Shown: positions 48,332-60,714, counted from the stretch's first letter. The stretch is 64,000 nt of DNA from Camelus dromedarius (GCF_036321535.1 NC_087464.1:22444001-22508000); one strand, 5' to 3'. A program made the numbers and translations. The notes: generated by a model from the letters alone, not told the origin.

Positions 48332-48545
48332 TACACTGGAAACTAATTTCTGAAAGAAATTTAAGAAGACTGAAATAAGTAAAGACATCCCATGTTCATG
48401 GATTGGAAGACTTAATATTATTAAGGTTGCAATACTCCTTAAATTGATGTACAGATTCAATGAAATCCCCATCAGAATCTCAGATGGCTTTTTTGCGGAA
48501 ATTGACAAATTTTTCCTAAAATTTATTCAAAAAATGCAAGGGACC

Positions 48546-49353
48546 ACTGGTGGGAATACAAAATGGTACAGCTACTTCAAAAGACAATTTGGCAGTTTCT
48601 TATAAAACTAAACATACTCATACCATATGATCCAGCAGTTATGCTCTTTGGTATTTACTCAAGGGAGTTGAAAACTTCTGTCCACACAAAAGCTTGCACA
48701 CTAATGTTTATAGATGCTTTATTCATAATTGTCAAAAGTTGGAATCAACCAAGATGTACTTCAGTAGGTAAATGGATAAACAAACTGTGGTACATCCAGA
48801 TAACAGGATATTATCCAGTACTAAAAAGAAATTAACTATCAATCTANNNNNNNNNNNNNNNNNNNNNNNNNNNNNNNNNNNNNNNNNNNNNNNNNNNNNN
48901 NNNNNNNNNNNNNNNNNNNNNNNNNNNNNNNNNNNNNNNNNNNNNNNNNNNNNNNNNNNNNNNNNNNNNNNNNNNNNNNNNNNNNNNNNNNNATTCTAGG
49001 AGTTGGAGGGAGTGAGGACTGAGCAGGTGAAGCACAGAGGGTTCTAGAGTAGTGAACTGTGTATGACACTTTAATGGTGGATACATGTCATTATACATTT
49101 GTCTAAACCTATAGAATGTAAACACCAAGAGTGAACCCTAATGTGAACTATGGACCCTGGTTGATAATGATGTGTCACTGTAGTTTCCTCACTTGTAACA
49201 GATGCACCACTCTGATGTGAGAGGCTGATTATGGGTGAGGCTGTGCATAAGTGAGGGCAGGGGTCACATGGGAAATCTCTGTACATTATGCTCAGCTTTG
49301 CTGTAAACCTAAAACTGCTCTAAAAAATTGTCTGTCAAAAAAAAAATCTATTT
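48546..49353 (+). mobile_element. Nested 5'-truncated L1 (L1MC1/L1MB-like 3' end) with 17-bp TSD
   Basis: ORF2-end and 3' UTR motifs (gtggatacatgtcattatacatttgtc, gctgtaaacctaaaactgctctaaaaaa), poly-A, and the TSD aaaaaatgcaagggacc at 48529-48545 and 49354-49370. Confidence 0.88.
48847..48992. other. Assembly gap (146 N)
   Basis: N run. Confidence 1.
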
Positions 49354-49929
49354 AAAAAATGCAAGGGACCCAGGCAAGGATTCCAAAATAATTTTGAAAA
49401 AGAACAGATTTGGCTAACTCGTAGTTCCCAATATCAAGATTTACTACAAAGCTACAGTAATCAATATAATGTGGTACTGGCATAAGAACAGGCAGATGAA
49501 CAGATCGACGGAATAGAAATGAGAGCTCAGAAACAAACTCTCACATTTATGGTCAACAGATTTTCAACAAGGGAGCCAAGACAATTCAGTAGGGGAAATA
49601 ATAGTCTTTTCAACAAATGTGCCAGGACAACTGAATATCCAAATGCAAAAGAATGAAGCTGGACTCCTTCCTCACACCATACATAAAAATAATTCAACAT
49701 GGATTAAATACGTAAATATAAGTCCTGAGACTGGGAAGGCCAGGCTGTTGAAGCAGGAGAGTTGGATTACCACCTAGTCAGGCCCTCTAATAATTAATCA
49801 TTATTATTAATTTTGCCCTAGAATTCAGAGGTTGACAAGTGTCAGTAACAAACCTTAGGGTGGATCAGTAGAGACAGGAAGGGTCTACAAAGGTTTTCCA
49901 TCTCTCCTCCAATCTGTCTGCTTTGAAAG

Positions 49930-51010
49930 TTGTTGGGAGTAGACATTGGTACAACCTTTTAGAGGACAACTTTGTAGTTTATAACTCCCTCCCCCCAAGA
50001 ATGTGAGAGCCCTACCACTCTATGGCATCTGCAGGAAATACCAGCCTGATGGAGAAGAGAGAAGGAGGTACAAAGGTGTTCATCACAGAATTGTTTGTAA
50101 CAGCCTCTCTGGTAGATCAATTACAAAACTAGTCCCAATTCCCCATACTTTCCTGTATCCCATTCTAATGTCATTCTGCAGCGCTTTCCAGCAAGAAAGA
50201 GTTGATTTCTCTATCCCTCGAATCTGGACTGGCCTCTGACCAGCTTTGGTCAATGGAATATGGTGGAAGTAATCATGTGCCAGTTCCAAGGGTTGGCCTC
50301 AAGAGCCCTTGTATGTTCCCCCTTGCTCTCTTGGACACCTGCTACCAACGTGAGGACAAGCCTGGGCTAGTTTGCTGCAGGATGAGAGACCAGGTGGAAG
50401 AGAAGAGAATCGTCTCAGGCGAGGCCATCCCAGACCAGCCAGCCCCTAGCTGATTCTCCAGCTGACTGCAGATGCCTGAGTGGACACCTAAGGAATCAGC
50501 CTAGCCTGGCCCAGACCAGGACTGCCCAGCTGACTTCCAGACTCTTGAGCATAATAAATGCTTGTTTTAAATGACTAAGCTCTGGGGTTGTCAGGTAGCC
50601 ATTATTTATACTACTGAAAAACAGACACGGCCCCAAACTGGAGGCAGCCCAGATGTCCGTCGATGATGCTGGCAGTATAAACAGTGGTACAGCCGTACAA
50701 TGGAACACCCTGCGGCCATTAAGAATTGAGGTCGATCCATACGTACTGACCTGGAAGATGTCCATGATATTTTGAGGAGGGAAAAAAGCAATTGACTGAT
50801 CAATATGTATGCCATGACCCCATTTTTGTTTTTTAAAAAAGCCTGTGAATAGAAACATATAGAATAGATACAACTAGGAAAAAGTCAGCAATGATACACA
50901 GCAAACCATTCGTAAGAGTTGCCTCTCGGGGAGACAGGGGAGAGTTTTCTATTTTTTGCTTTCTTTCTTGTGGTTTTTTTAAAAAGTGAAGATTATTTGA
51001 AAGAAAAACA
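49930..51010 (+). mobile_element. L1ME-type 3' fragment interrupted by an MLT1F-like LTR
   Basis: gtacaacctttt and gtgttcatcacagaattgtttgtaa before the LTR; aaactggaggcagcccagatgtcc and gtacaatggaacac after it. Confidence 0.65.
50110..50612 (+). mobile_element. MaLR solo LTR (MLT1F-like)
   Basis: gtgccagttccaag, ggcctcaagagccc, gacaagcctgggctag, aggccatcccagaccagccagccc, aataaatgcttgttttaa. Confidence 0.85.
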
Positions 51011-51951
51011 AAGTTGGTGTTTTCAATGACTGGGTTGGTTGACACTGAGGCCCAGCTGTCCTCATGTGGATTCTCCAGCTTTTCCTCTCCTGCCCCGGCC
51101 CAAGCCCACCCCCTCCTCCAGCAAACCCACAGCCTCAGCTCCCTCCACCCGCCGACACACCCACACATCCCTCACCCCTTAATGAATGTACCTTCGAATA
51201 TGAGAGCAGGAAGATCCTTGGGGACCAGGCCCCACCTTTGTGGTACAGATATAGGGAAATTGAGGCACAGAGGTGGCAGAGACATATTGGAGGCCTCTTT
51301 GAGAGGCTGCAGCTGAGCAGAGGCAAGACACAGGTGTCCTGAGAGCCCATCCACTTCAAGGAGCCCAGAACAAGCCCCAGCCCTGCCTGGACCTCTGCTG
51401 AGTCTCACTTCCCTTGGAGGGAGATTGGAGGATTATGGACAAGCTTTGTCCTTCTTGGAGGAGGGGCCAGAAAGGAGAGGAAAAGGGACTGAGCTAAAGA
51501 GGAGGAGGGATGGTGGGGTGGGCATCAGTGCCAGCCTCAGCCTAGAGCCTCCGGCAGCAGCCAGATAATAAGCAAGAATAATAGAGGAAAGAGAGCGAAA
51601 TGTCACACACGCTCTGGTGCCATTAGCCACCAGAGAAGGGAAATATCACATAATTAGGCCAGGCCTTTGTTTGCCTTTGTTTGCCTTTGTGGAGGGGAGT
51701 GTGAGGGGGGCCTGGTTACTGGGGTGGGGGGACTGTGTGCCTCTGGGGATGGGCCTGTTTACCTGGGGCAGGAGGAGGGGGCAATGGGATGAGGATTCAG
51801 GGCTGGTGCTCCAGGGCCTCCCACTCCCCAGTCCCCAGGCCTGATGTGCCTCTGGGGGGGTGTTGGGAAGGAGGCCAGGGAAGGCATGGGACTTGTTCCG
51901 AAACGTGGAGCTCAGAGGCCTCCTTGCTAAACTGCTTTTGCTGCTGTTTGT

Positions 51952-52131
51952 NNNNNNNNNNNNNNNNNNNNNNNNNNNNNNNNNNNNNNNNNNNNNNNNN
52001 NNNNNNNNNNNNNNNNNNNNNNNNNNNNNNNNNNNNNNNNNNNNNNNNNNNNNNNNNNNNNNNNNNNNNNNNNNNNNNNNNNNNNNNNNNNNNNNNNNNN
52101 NNNNNNNNNNNNNNNNNNNNNNNNNNNNNNN
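51952..52131. other. Assembly gap (180 N)
   Basis: N run. Confidence 1.
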
Positions 52132-52375
52132 CTGCTTCCCCGTGCAACAACCAGCATGCACATCACTCTCCCCTCACGTGCGCACACTTCCACCCAGGCG
52201 CATGAACCCACAGCCCAGCCTCCCCCATTGACGGGGCTCTTATCACTGCTCCCCAGACTCTACTCCGGGCCGGGCCAGGTCCTTGTTTTTGCATGCCCAG
52301 TCTCCTCCTCTGTCTGATCTGACTCCTTTCCTCTGGAGGTACCCACCTTCTTCTTCCCTAGCTAAAGAGGTTCAC

Positions 52376-53330
52376 CATTCATTCGTTCATTCATTGATTC
52401 ATTCATTCACTATGTGTTTCTGGAGAACATACTTTGTGCCAAGTACTATGCTCTAATGGTGAGAAAATACAGACATGGATTCTTTCTTGTCTGGTGCAAG
52501 AGACAGATATTAGACAACTAAACGCATGAATAAACATATAATAACACTCTCAGGTAAGTGCTCTAAAGGAAAAGGACAGTGCTGAATGGGAGCTGGGAAG
52601 GGAGGACCTGCTTCAGGTTGGGGGTTCAGGAAAGCCTTCTTTTAGGGGAAAGGAAAGGCCTCTTTGTGTTGAGGCCTGGAAGTGGGAGTTTTCTGAGTGC
52701 TGCATGGGGAGTAGAGTGTTCCAGGTGGAGGGATCAGCATGGGCTAAGGCCCTGAGGCAGGAAGGCCAGCACGGCTGGTGAGCAGGCAGCTGGAGACAGT
52801 GTAACGTGACCCAGCCTGGAAAGACCACGTCGGTGCTGCAGGCCACCTTAGGGAGCTGGGAAGAGTTACAAGATTCTCAGGAAAAAGGGAATGAAGTTTG
52901 ATTTACGGTTTTGGAAGATCTCCCTGCTTGGCTGGGAGAGGCTTGCAGAGGAGTGAGAAGGGGTTCGAGCAGCCAGGGGTGGGTGGTGGGGGCGTTGCAG
53001 GCATCCTGGTGAGAGGTGACGGTGGCGTGGGAAGGGACTGTGGTGATGAGGACAGGGAGAGAGGGAAGGGTGAAGGGGATCCCAGAGACAGACAGAACTT
53101 GGATTTCCAGGGTGAGGGAGAAGAAGGAGTCCATGGGGGCTGGTGGATGGAGGCTCATTTCCTGAGATGGAGAGTCTGCAGGAAGGACAGCTTTGGGACA
53201 CGTGTCTGAGGTGCACAGAGATGACACTCGAGGCCACAGGGACCTGCAAGTTTGCCAATGGAGAGAGAGCAGTGAGAGAAGACATTTGCACACGTGTGAC
53301 TCTCAGCTCAGATTCTTCGTGACCAAACAC
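52376..53330 (-). mobile_element. Long L2a 3' fragment
   Basis: (TCAT)n terminus, ctttgtgccaagtactatg, gctaaggccctgaggcagg, atttacggttttggaagatc, gggcgttgcaggcatcc. Confidence 0.9.
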
Positions 53331-55279
53331 CCCTCCCCCATCACTAATAACTTAAGGATATAAGTTCCCACCACAATTTGTGGAGAGGATTAAACGAGAA
53401 GGAGTGGCAGCCCAGTTTTGGCACAGGCAGCCCCACCCACCCCATATCATCCTTGGGATCTGCTCCAACCGAGAGTCTGCGGCCTGAGAGGTTTGTAGGG
53501 GGAGGGGTGTGAGAGCCCCGGGGAACCCATGGATCTTGCCCCAGAGATGGGAGAGGTGAGGGATGACAGGTGAGGCAGGAGGAAGGCAGAGGGAGATGCC
53601 AGGGGCTGGGCTGGGCAGGGAGGACGGAAGAGACAGAAGGCAGGCAGAGAGCTGGGCCAGGGCAGCAAGGGGTCTCTGTCTCCACCAGGCAGGCCCGGGC
53701 TGCAGGAACTAATTAGCACAGAACAATGTTTTAACGAGGCCCTCTGACTCGGGCTCCTGCCCACACGGTGCAGTGTAAGGGAGTGTGAGTTCATGAGCCG
53801 TGTTGGAGGCAAGGGTGCCAGGCCCCTTCCTTCTCCTCGCTGCCCTCTCCTCTTGAGCACCTGGTGGCAGGGTGTGGGAACCCGAGCAGGGAGGCAGAAG
53901 GTCCTGGTTTGCCAGTGTCCCCAACTTTGTCTGGTCCCCAGGTTCCCTGTGAGGGGCTGATGGAACTCCTGCCTGGCCATTTAAGCCACAGACCACCCTT
54001 GGCTCAACCCCAGTCCCTTTGACTCCAAGTTCCACTGTTGCCCGCTGCTTGTTCATCTGTGTGCAGGAGAGACAGGCATGCTTGGGTGCAGATTTTCCAT
54101 GTTCCCATGTGCACTTGAGTACTTATATGCACAAACAGGCTTGCACATGTGTGTGCACATGCATGTGTATGTACAGGTGCATGAATGTGAGGAGAGGGGT
54201 GGGACCCAGGCTGAGGTGGGGGGTAGCAGCATCCTGAGGCCCAGCTTAGCCTCCGTCCCCAGGGAATTCCCAGCCAACCCCCTGTCCCCGCCCCATTGCA
54301 GAGCACCTCTGTCCTTGTGTTCCACTTTGTGCCCACTGTCCTGGGGTTGGGCCACAGGCCTTCTCTGGGGGCCTCAGACTGTCTGACAGCTGCCCTGGAA
54401 GAGGTGGGGACTCTCCTTGTCTTTGGTGGGCTCTACTGGGGCAGAGCCCTGAGGGTCTCAGGACTTGCTAGGGGAGGCTGCTGGCCTGAGGCCGTGAGGG
54501 AGCTGTGTGCTTTAGCAACAGCTAGCGGGACTCAAGGGACACTGGACAAGTTCTGCCTCCAGCCTCCTTGCCTCTTGACGGAGCTCTGGGAAGGAGAGGC
54601 TGCAGCCAAGTGACCTCCTCATAGCCAAGGACACTTGGATAAAGGAGGTCTTGCCATATTTTGTCGAAGGAAGTTTGGCTTATATACCATAAATTGTCTG
54701 AGTTCAAGGTCCAGCCCTGCCACTGACATGCCCTGTGATGCTGGACAACTCCCTCTTCTCAGGCCTCAGTTTGTGCATCCATAATATCGGGTGTGGGAGG
54801 TAGTGGACTGGTGGACCCCGGAGGGCCTGTCCAGCTCTAGTGCTTTATCGCATAATTGAGGCTGAGACAAGCAACCCTTGGTCACTGAAGACCAGCCCAG
54901 CGGCACGGGTGGGAGGCATGGGCAGGACATGAGAGAGTACAGTGGTGGGAAGCAGACTCTTCCGGCCACAAAAGCACTTGTACCACCCTGCACTGCGCAC
55001 ACCCGCAGGATGGGGGGCCCCTCCCTAAATCATTCAGTCTTACTTCACCACTACATACTCACCTGAGCTCTGTGCCTTCTGGAGCTCGCAGGCCCGCAGG
55101 GAGACACATGCTGTACCATCACAAGCCCAGAGCTGTTGGAGAAGCTGGTGTGGACAACTGGTTCTCCCCCACCCCAGCCTGTTGCCCCCCAGGGAGGTCG
55201 ACGTTTATACCTCCCGTCTTCTTTACTGCATCTTAACAGAACTAACAAGATAGTGAGTGGCCCTACGAGCAGCTTAACA

Positions 55280-55460
55280 TTTTTGTTTATTATTTTGAAT
55301 AGGGAACGCATTCACATGTTTCAAAAATCAAAAAATTATAACACTGTATAGGGGAAAATACTTCCCTCCCACTCCCTCCTCTGTAAGCCTTGCTTTTAGT
55401 TTCCTGTGTGTCCTATCAGGGTTTCATTTGCTTTCAGAAGCAAATACAAATATGAACAGC
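55280..55460 (-). mobile_element. L1ME-type 3' end fragment
   Basis: ttattattttgaatagg...cattcacatgtttcaaaaatcaaaa...ttagtttcctgtgtgtcct. Confidence 0.6.
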
Positions 55461-56494
55461 TTCTGAATGGATGACTAAGTGATCTAGGGGCTTTTGTGGT
55501 GTGGTGAGGGCCGGGCCTCCTGTCCCTGTCCACCCTCAAACCCAGGGCTGCAACCATCCCAGGATGATAATCAATCGGACACTTTCAAATATTTATGAAA
55601 CACTGATGGATTTTCTCAGTCTGGAGTTGTAGCTTTCATGGAATTTGGCTTTATGCACTAGAAAGTCAATATTTTCCCTGGGCCACCGCCGAGATGCATG
55701 CACTGCTGTCATGCCCCTGGTCCTGAGGGCCTGGCTGCTTCTGCCGTGTCAGCGCCTTGCCGGCAGCTTTCGGCTTCTCTGCCTTTGGGAGCCGGTAGGG
55801 AAGGACACACAAAGGCCAAACCTCAGGGCTGAGCAGCTCTGACGAGACTCACGCTGGGCCGTGGGCAGGTCAGTTTCCCTCCCTGAGCTGAGCTGAGAAG
55901 TGAGAGTTTGGTCAGTCGTTGAGCTCCACTGCTGCTTGCTGCTCAAGGAGCCCTGCAAGGCTTCCCAGACGGGGGTCCCCTAGGTGCAGGGCTAGGTCTT
56001 CTCTTCCTCCTCGGTCTCCCCCCAACACCCCCAGACACAGGGCAAAGCTCGGGCATGGGCTCTTTCCTCCTCATAGTATGACAGACTCAAGGCTCCATTA
56101 TTCTGAGGAGAGGGTGTTTCCATAGGCTCTAAGGGGACCAGGACTCCTGGGCCTCACCCCACTTCATGGCTTCTTCACTCTGGGGCCGAAGGAAGCAGCT
56201 GTTACAAAGCTGATGGGATCCAAATCTGATCGAGGAGAGGGGATGGCCACAGAGCGGGGCTGATGGGAAGTTGTGAAAACAGAGCCGATGTTTCTGCAGC
56301 GCTGAGGTCAGAACCATTGGCAGAAGAGAGAGCTAATGAACTTGGCTGTGATGGGGTGGGTGGGGGGAACCAGGAATGCTGGGGGGCTGGTGCAGCCAGA
56401 GCAGAGCCAGGCAGGGGCCCTCCTGGTACCAGGGGATCTGAGACAGGGCCTCCTCACCCTGTCCAGCCTTTTGAAATACATTTGTGCATGTGTA

Positions 56495-56950
56495 TTTAAT
56501 TTTATGGTCTTATGATTTTAAAAATATTTAAACATATATTCAAGACATATGAATACACGAATACATTTTTCACCATAAAAACTCAAACATTATACAAGTG
56601 AATCACATGGGAGGTTTCCCTTCTCTACAGAGCATCCTCCACTGTTTACCATCGTTAACACTTTGATATGTAGCTTGCAGACCTTCCCCCACATATGATA
56701 TTTATATATAAAATACCTACATGTGCACAGGTAAGATGATGTTTAACAACATAAATAGGATGCTACTAGATAGATCTTGTCCTGGAATTTACTTTTCTCC
56801 CCAGAAGCTTGGGAGCTTGGGAGCTAACTGCCTCTATGTATTTCTTACAAAGGACAAGCCTCAGATCTCTTAACAATTCCCCAATCGATGGGCATTCAGG
56901 TTGTTTCTGGTTTTTTGTGATTACAAACAGGGATGCTGGGAATATCCTTG
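56495..56950 (-). mobile_element. L1ME-type 3' fragment
   Basis: aacaattccccaatcgatgggcattcaggttgtttctggttttttgtgattacaaac. Confidence 0.7.
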
Positions 56951-57389
56951 ATGATCCAGCTTTCTTGGCCCAGTTCAGAGCTCCTCTGAATCCCCAAGTG
57001 CATGGGGCCCAGCTGGCCAAAGGAAGGTGTCTGATCCACAATGGCCCCTGAGTAAGAAGACATGCTCCCTCTGGTGGGAGAAGCCAGATGCTGAGCCCAG
57101 AGCACTTGCTCATAGGGTAGCATTTCAGGCAGTGAGATGGAGGGTGGGGGATAGCCACGCTGTCCATTATATTATGCCATGTCGCTTACTACCCACTCTC
57201 TCTGGTTCTTGCTCAAGGCACCCCAGAGGGGGAAACAGGAAGGCTCTGTGGGAGGAGGCTGGGAGTAGAGATGTCACTGGTGGCTGCAAACCTAAATGGT
57301 CAGAAGGGAGCTTGGGCTTAACTAGAACTTGATGAAAACAACATTCAAGGTCATGAGCCAGAGGATAGAGTTGGGAGTTCACTTCCTCT

Positions 57390-57560
57390 GAGGGTTTACT
57401 GTGTGTCAGGTGCTGTGCTAGGGGATTTGGATACTATTTTACTTCGATCCTGTGCGGTGGCAATATTCCATTTACAGACACTGACATGCAGCCCAGGTGA
57501 GGTGGCTTGCCCCAGGCCACACAGCTGCCCTGCCTGACTGCACAGCCCAAGTCCATCCAT
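57390..57560 (-). mobile_element. MIR
   Basis: tttactgtgtgtcaggtgctgtgctagg...ccatttacagac...gcccaggccacacagct. Confidence 0.8.
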
Positions 57561-58779
57561 CTTCCCTTTGGCCTTTTGGTCCTTCTCTGGGTGATGCTGG
57601 GTCTGGAGCCCCACAGGTCTCCTGCCACCCTGGGGCTTTCAGGTAAGTGGTCGGTGGTAAAGGATGGCTTAGGGGCCTCTCCTGGGAGGGGCAGGGTCAC
57701 TACGGAGCTGACATAGGCTGCCCAAACTCATCCCATCATGCTGTCACTTGGCTCAGGGAGAAGCAGGCCCTGGGTTCTGGACGGGCATTGGGAGAGTCAG
57801 GCAAGGCTCAGATATGCTTGGGCTGTGGGTCTGAGGGTAGGTTTGGGGTCAAAGGGCAAGCAGAATGGCCAGGGTCCTGCTGATTGAGTGTGAAAAGCCA
57901 AGGCCTTTCTTGTCCCTGCATCCCTCTGTGTTGGTTAGCTTTTTCTTCAGATTCTCAAAAGCATCTGTGGTCCCTAAAGAGATTCCAACATTATGGACTA
58001 AAGCATAGCCTCCAGAGGGCTCCTAGTGAAGAGGAAGAAGGGTGGGAACCCTAGCTAGAACCCCACCTCTACCCTGACTCCGGGTCCCCATCTGTGCTAT
58101 CAGGGGCTGGAGCAGAGCATCCCTAAGAGCCTTCCCGGCACCTCCAGCTGGGCTCCCCTTCCTGTCCCAGGGGAGAGCAAAGCATTCTGGGAGGCCCAAA
58201 TAGGAGTGCTCTTTGAGGGTCCCTGGGCTCCAGAGGACAAGGGATGGGAGAGCTAGCTCCTGCCTTGGGGAACAAGAGGTGCAGAGATAAGCAGAGGGTG
58301 GTACAAGGCTAAGACTTTTTCGTCCAGTGGAACTTGGCAAGGAGGGAGGACCCAACATGAAGAATGAGGGCTCCATGTATCAGGTATTGGAAAAACTCTC
58401 CGGGCTGTGGGGCCCAGATTCCTCTGCTGTCTGGGTGACACAAGTGCCCAGCTCTGTTCTGGTCCACAGCGGGCAAGTGTTTCTGCAGGGACAGAAGAGG
58501 GGACCCCTCCCCTCCCCTCAGAGAGCTCTTGCCAGGCCTGGTAGACAAATTCCAGGCAGGGCCACAGAGTTTGGACTCTGGGGCTGCAGGAGTTCAGGAA
58601 AGGAAGCAGTCTGAGGCCTGGATCCATCAATGAATGAGGCTCTGACATTGGCAGATGGCTTTAGCATCACACAAGCAGGGCAGGCTTCCTGGAGGAGGAG
58701 GGGGAACACTGTTCTAAGTTGGTCTCCTAAGCATGTGCTCTGGTGCTAGACATACCTAGGTAACCCTCTCACCTCTTAT

Positions 58780-58920
58780 TGGATGTGCTGACTTTGCCTC
58801 TCTGTGACGTAGTCTCCTTGTCTCTAAAATGGGAATAATAGATTCTCTCCCTGTTGTGAGGATCCCATTTGTTTATAACGGTGCCTGGAACAGCGCACCT
58901 GCTCAACAAAGATGAGTCAT
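58780..58920 (+). mobile_element. MIR fragment
   Basis: tctctaaaatgggaataatag...gttgtgaggat...gtgcctggaacagc. Confidence 0.75.
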
Positions 58921-59689
58921 TTTTAGGATTATTTTAATCAGTGAGATTAGAAGATGGGAAGAGTATGAAGAGATGAAGGGGTGGACAGTCCAGGTAGCTG
59001 CCAGGGTAAAGCTAAGAGCCTCAAGAATAATCTTCAAGGAGGCTCCACCTCTCCAGGAACAAGGATGCCCAGCACAGATTTACAAGCAGCTGGATCAGCT
59101 GGTGTCTGAGCTCCAGCATCCCCACCTGGGGACCAAACTTGGCCAGCTTTTAGCCCCAGGCCCTATGATGACTGACACCACCCCAAAGACCCAGAGCACA
59201 AAGAGTGGAATCTAGGTACAGTCATGGTTAGGAAAAATATTTGAAACCTGAGTGGAAGGAAGTAAGTGGATGGCTGCCTACTTTGACCACGCATTAGTGG
59301 GTGGGTGGGTCAGACCGAGTCAATCAACAGCTTCTCAAGGGACAAAGCAAGTCCCTTTTCTGGTCTGGGCCTCTATTTCCTCATCTGTACAATGGAAAGG
59401 GAGTGGCTGGACCAGGTGATCAGAAAGGCCCAGCTGTTGGTGGCTGTCTCTGAGCTAGCAGTCCAGGGCGGGAGCCAGAAGTGGAGGGTGCGGTGAAAGT
59501 TCTGACTTTGGGGAGCCGCCCCAGAGGGAAGGGTGGCAGGAAGCTGGGACAGGGCAGACCCCATCCCTCTCTTCTTGCTGCCTGGCAAGTGACATCTCCT
59601 CCACTCTCTGAATGAGGCTGAGGCTGACTGACTGAGAAGGCTCCAGAGCCAGGCTGTCAGCAAGTGCCCCCTGCCACCTTTGTGTGGCT

Positions 59690-59724
59690 AATTTGCATAA
59701 AATTTGCACAAATCTGCATAATTT
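59690..59724. promoter_or_regulatory. Tandem octamer (POU) motif triplet
   Basis: ATTTGCAT 59691-98, ATTTGCAC 59702-09, ATCTGCAT 59712-19 followed by AATTTA. Confidence 0.5.
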
Positions 59725-60019
59725 AGGAAGCAGCCAGTGCTCATCTCAGGCAGTCCAATTCACTGTGATTTTATGAGCTTTGAAGTAGCCCTTTTTTCTC
59801 CTGCCTGCTCCCCCTCCTGCTTCCCTTTTCTTTGAGTCTGGCCTGTCAGATCCTGTTGCCTCTGCCCACCTTTCCAGGGCTGGAGGATGGGCCTCCCAGG
59901 CTTGCTTCGTTCCCCAGAGAGAGCCCCTCGGCAGCTGCTGAGTGTAGCTGCCTGTGAGCTTGACATTGATCCCAGCCCCATCCTCCAAGAGGCCTTCACA
60001 AAGGAGGTTTGGGGACCCT

Positions 60020-60325
60020 GAGAAAGCGTTGGGTAGTTCACCAGGAATAAGTCTCACCGAAGTGATCAAATCCCTTTTCCTGACAGGGCACTAGGGCTCA
60101 GGGTGTGTCTGGGTGCCTGCAGAGCAGCTTTGCACCTGATGTTGGTCAGGCCAAGATGGTGTCCCCATGGCTGGAATACAGGACATGGGCTACGATTGAC
60201 TGATCAAACAACTACCCCAAGGGAACTGACTCATGGATTACTGTCAGCCCAGATGGATGTCCCTACAGCTCTGCCACAGAGCTCTGTCCTGGTCCTTTCA
60301 ACATTTTTATTCTTGAATTAGTCAA
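60020..60325 (+). mobile_element. L3/CR1 LINE reverse-transcriptase fragment
   Basis: gttcaccaggaataagtc, cttttcctgacaggg, aacaactaccccaagggaactgactcatgga, gccacagagctctgtcct...ttcaacatttttat. Confidence 0.75.
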
Positions 60326-60714
60326 GATTCTTTTGGATACACGTGACGCTAACTCAACTCCAACCGTCTTTAAAGCTAGAGAGGCTGGGGAGAAGGGAGT
60401 AATTACAGACACGGGAAGCCTCCATTTTGGTACAACCCTTCATTGGTAGGACCTCCATCCCATCCTGAGGCCAGAACTGCTGAGTCTGCCCTTCCACCTC
60501 AGACAAACCCAGCACTTTCTGCTCACTGGGGTCCCTGGGCTGCTCGGTCCAGGGTGGAGGCTGGAGCTTAGGCCTGGATCTCCCAGCCCTGCCTACATGT
60601 TGTACCACTCAGGCCATTGCAGTAGAGTAGATCTGCCAGCTCTGCCTAGGGTCTGGCAGAGCTCAAGCTCCTCCTCATGGGGACTCTGCCCCAGGGAAGG
60701 GCCAACAAATGCCA

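Larger units (their letters stand above)
48332..49725 (+). mobile_element. Host L1 ORF2 fragment (48332-48545 and 49354-49725) split by a nested L1
   Basis: catgttcatggattggaagac...aaatgcaagggacc resumes as aaatgcaagggaccc...ctacaaagctacagtaatc...gtggtactggcataag, colinear with L1 ORF2. Confidence 0.88.

Noticed and set aside
48563-48835. Protein-like ORF (also 17900-18217 and 18314-18769)
   Set aside because: Translations of decayed L1 ORF2-end/3' sequence (KLWYI, YYSVIKRNE motifs), not host genes.
55240-55252. 13-nt plus-strand microexon (aacag|AACTAACAAGATA|gtgagt)
   Set aside because: Not frame-preserving, the exonic donor bases are weak, and such signals arise by chance.
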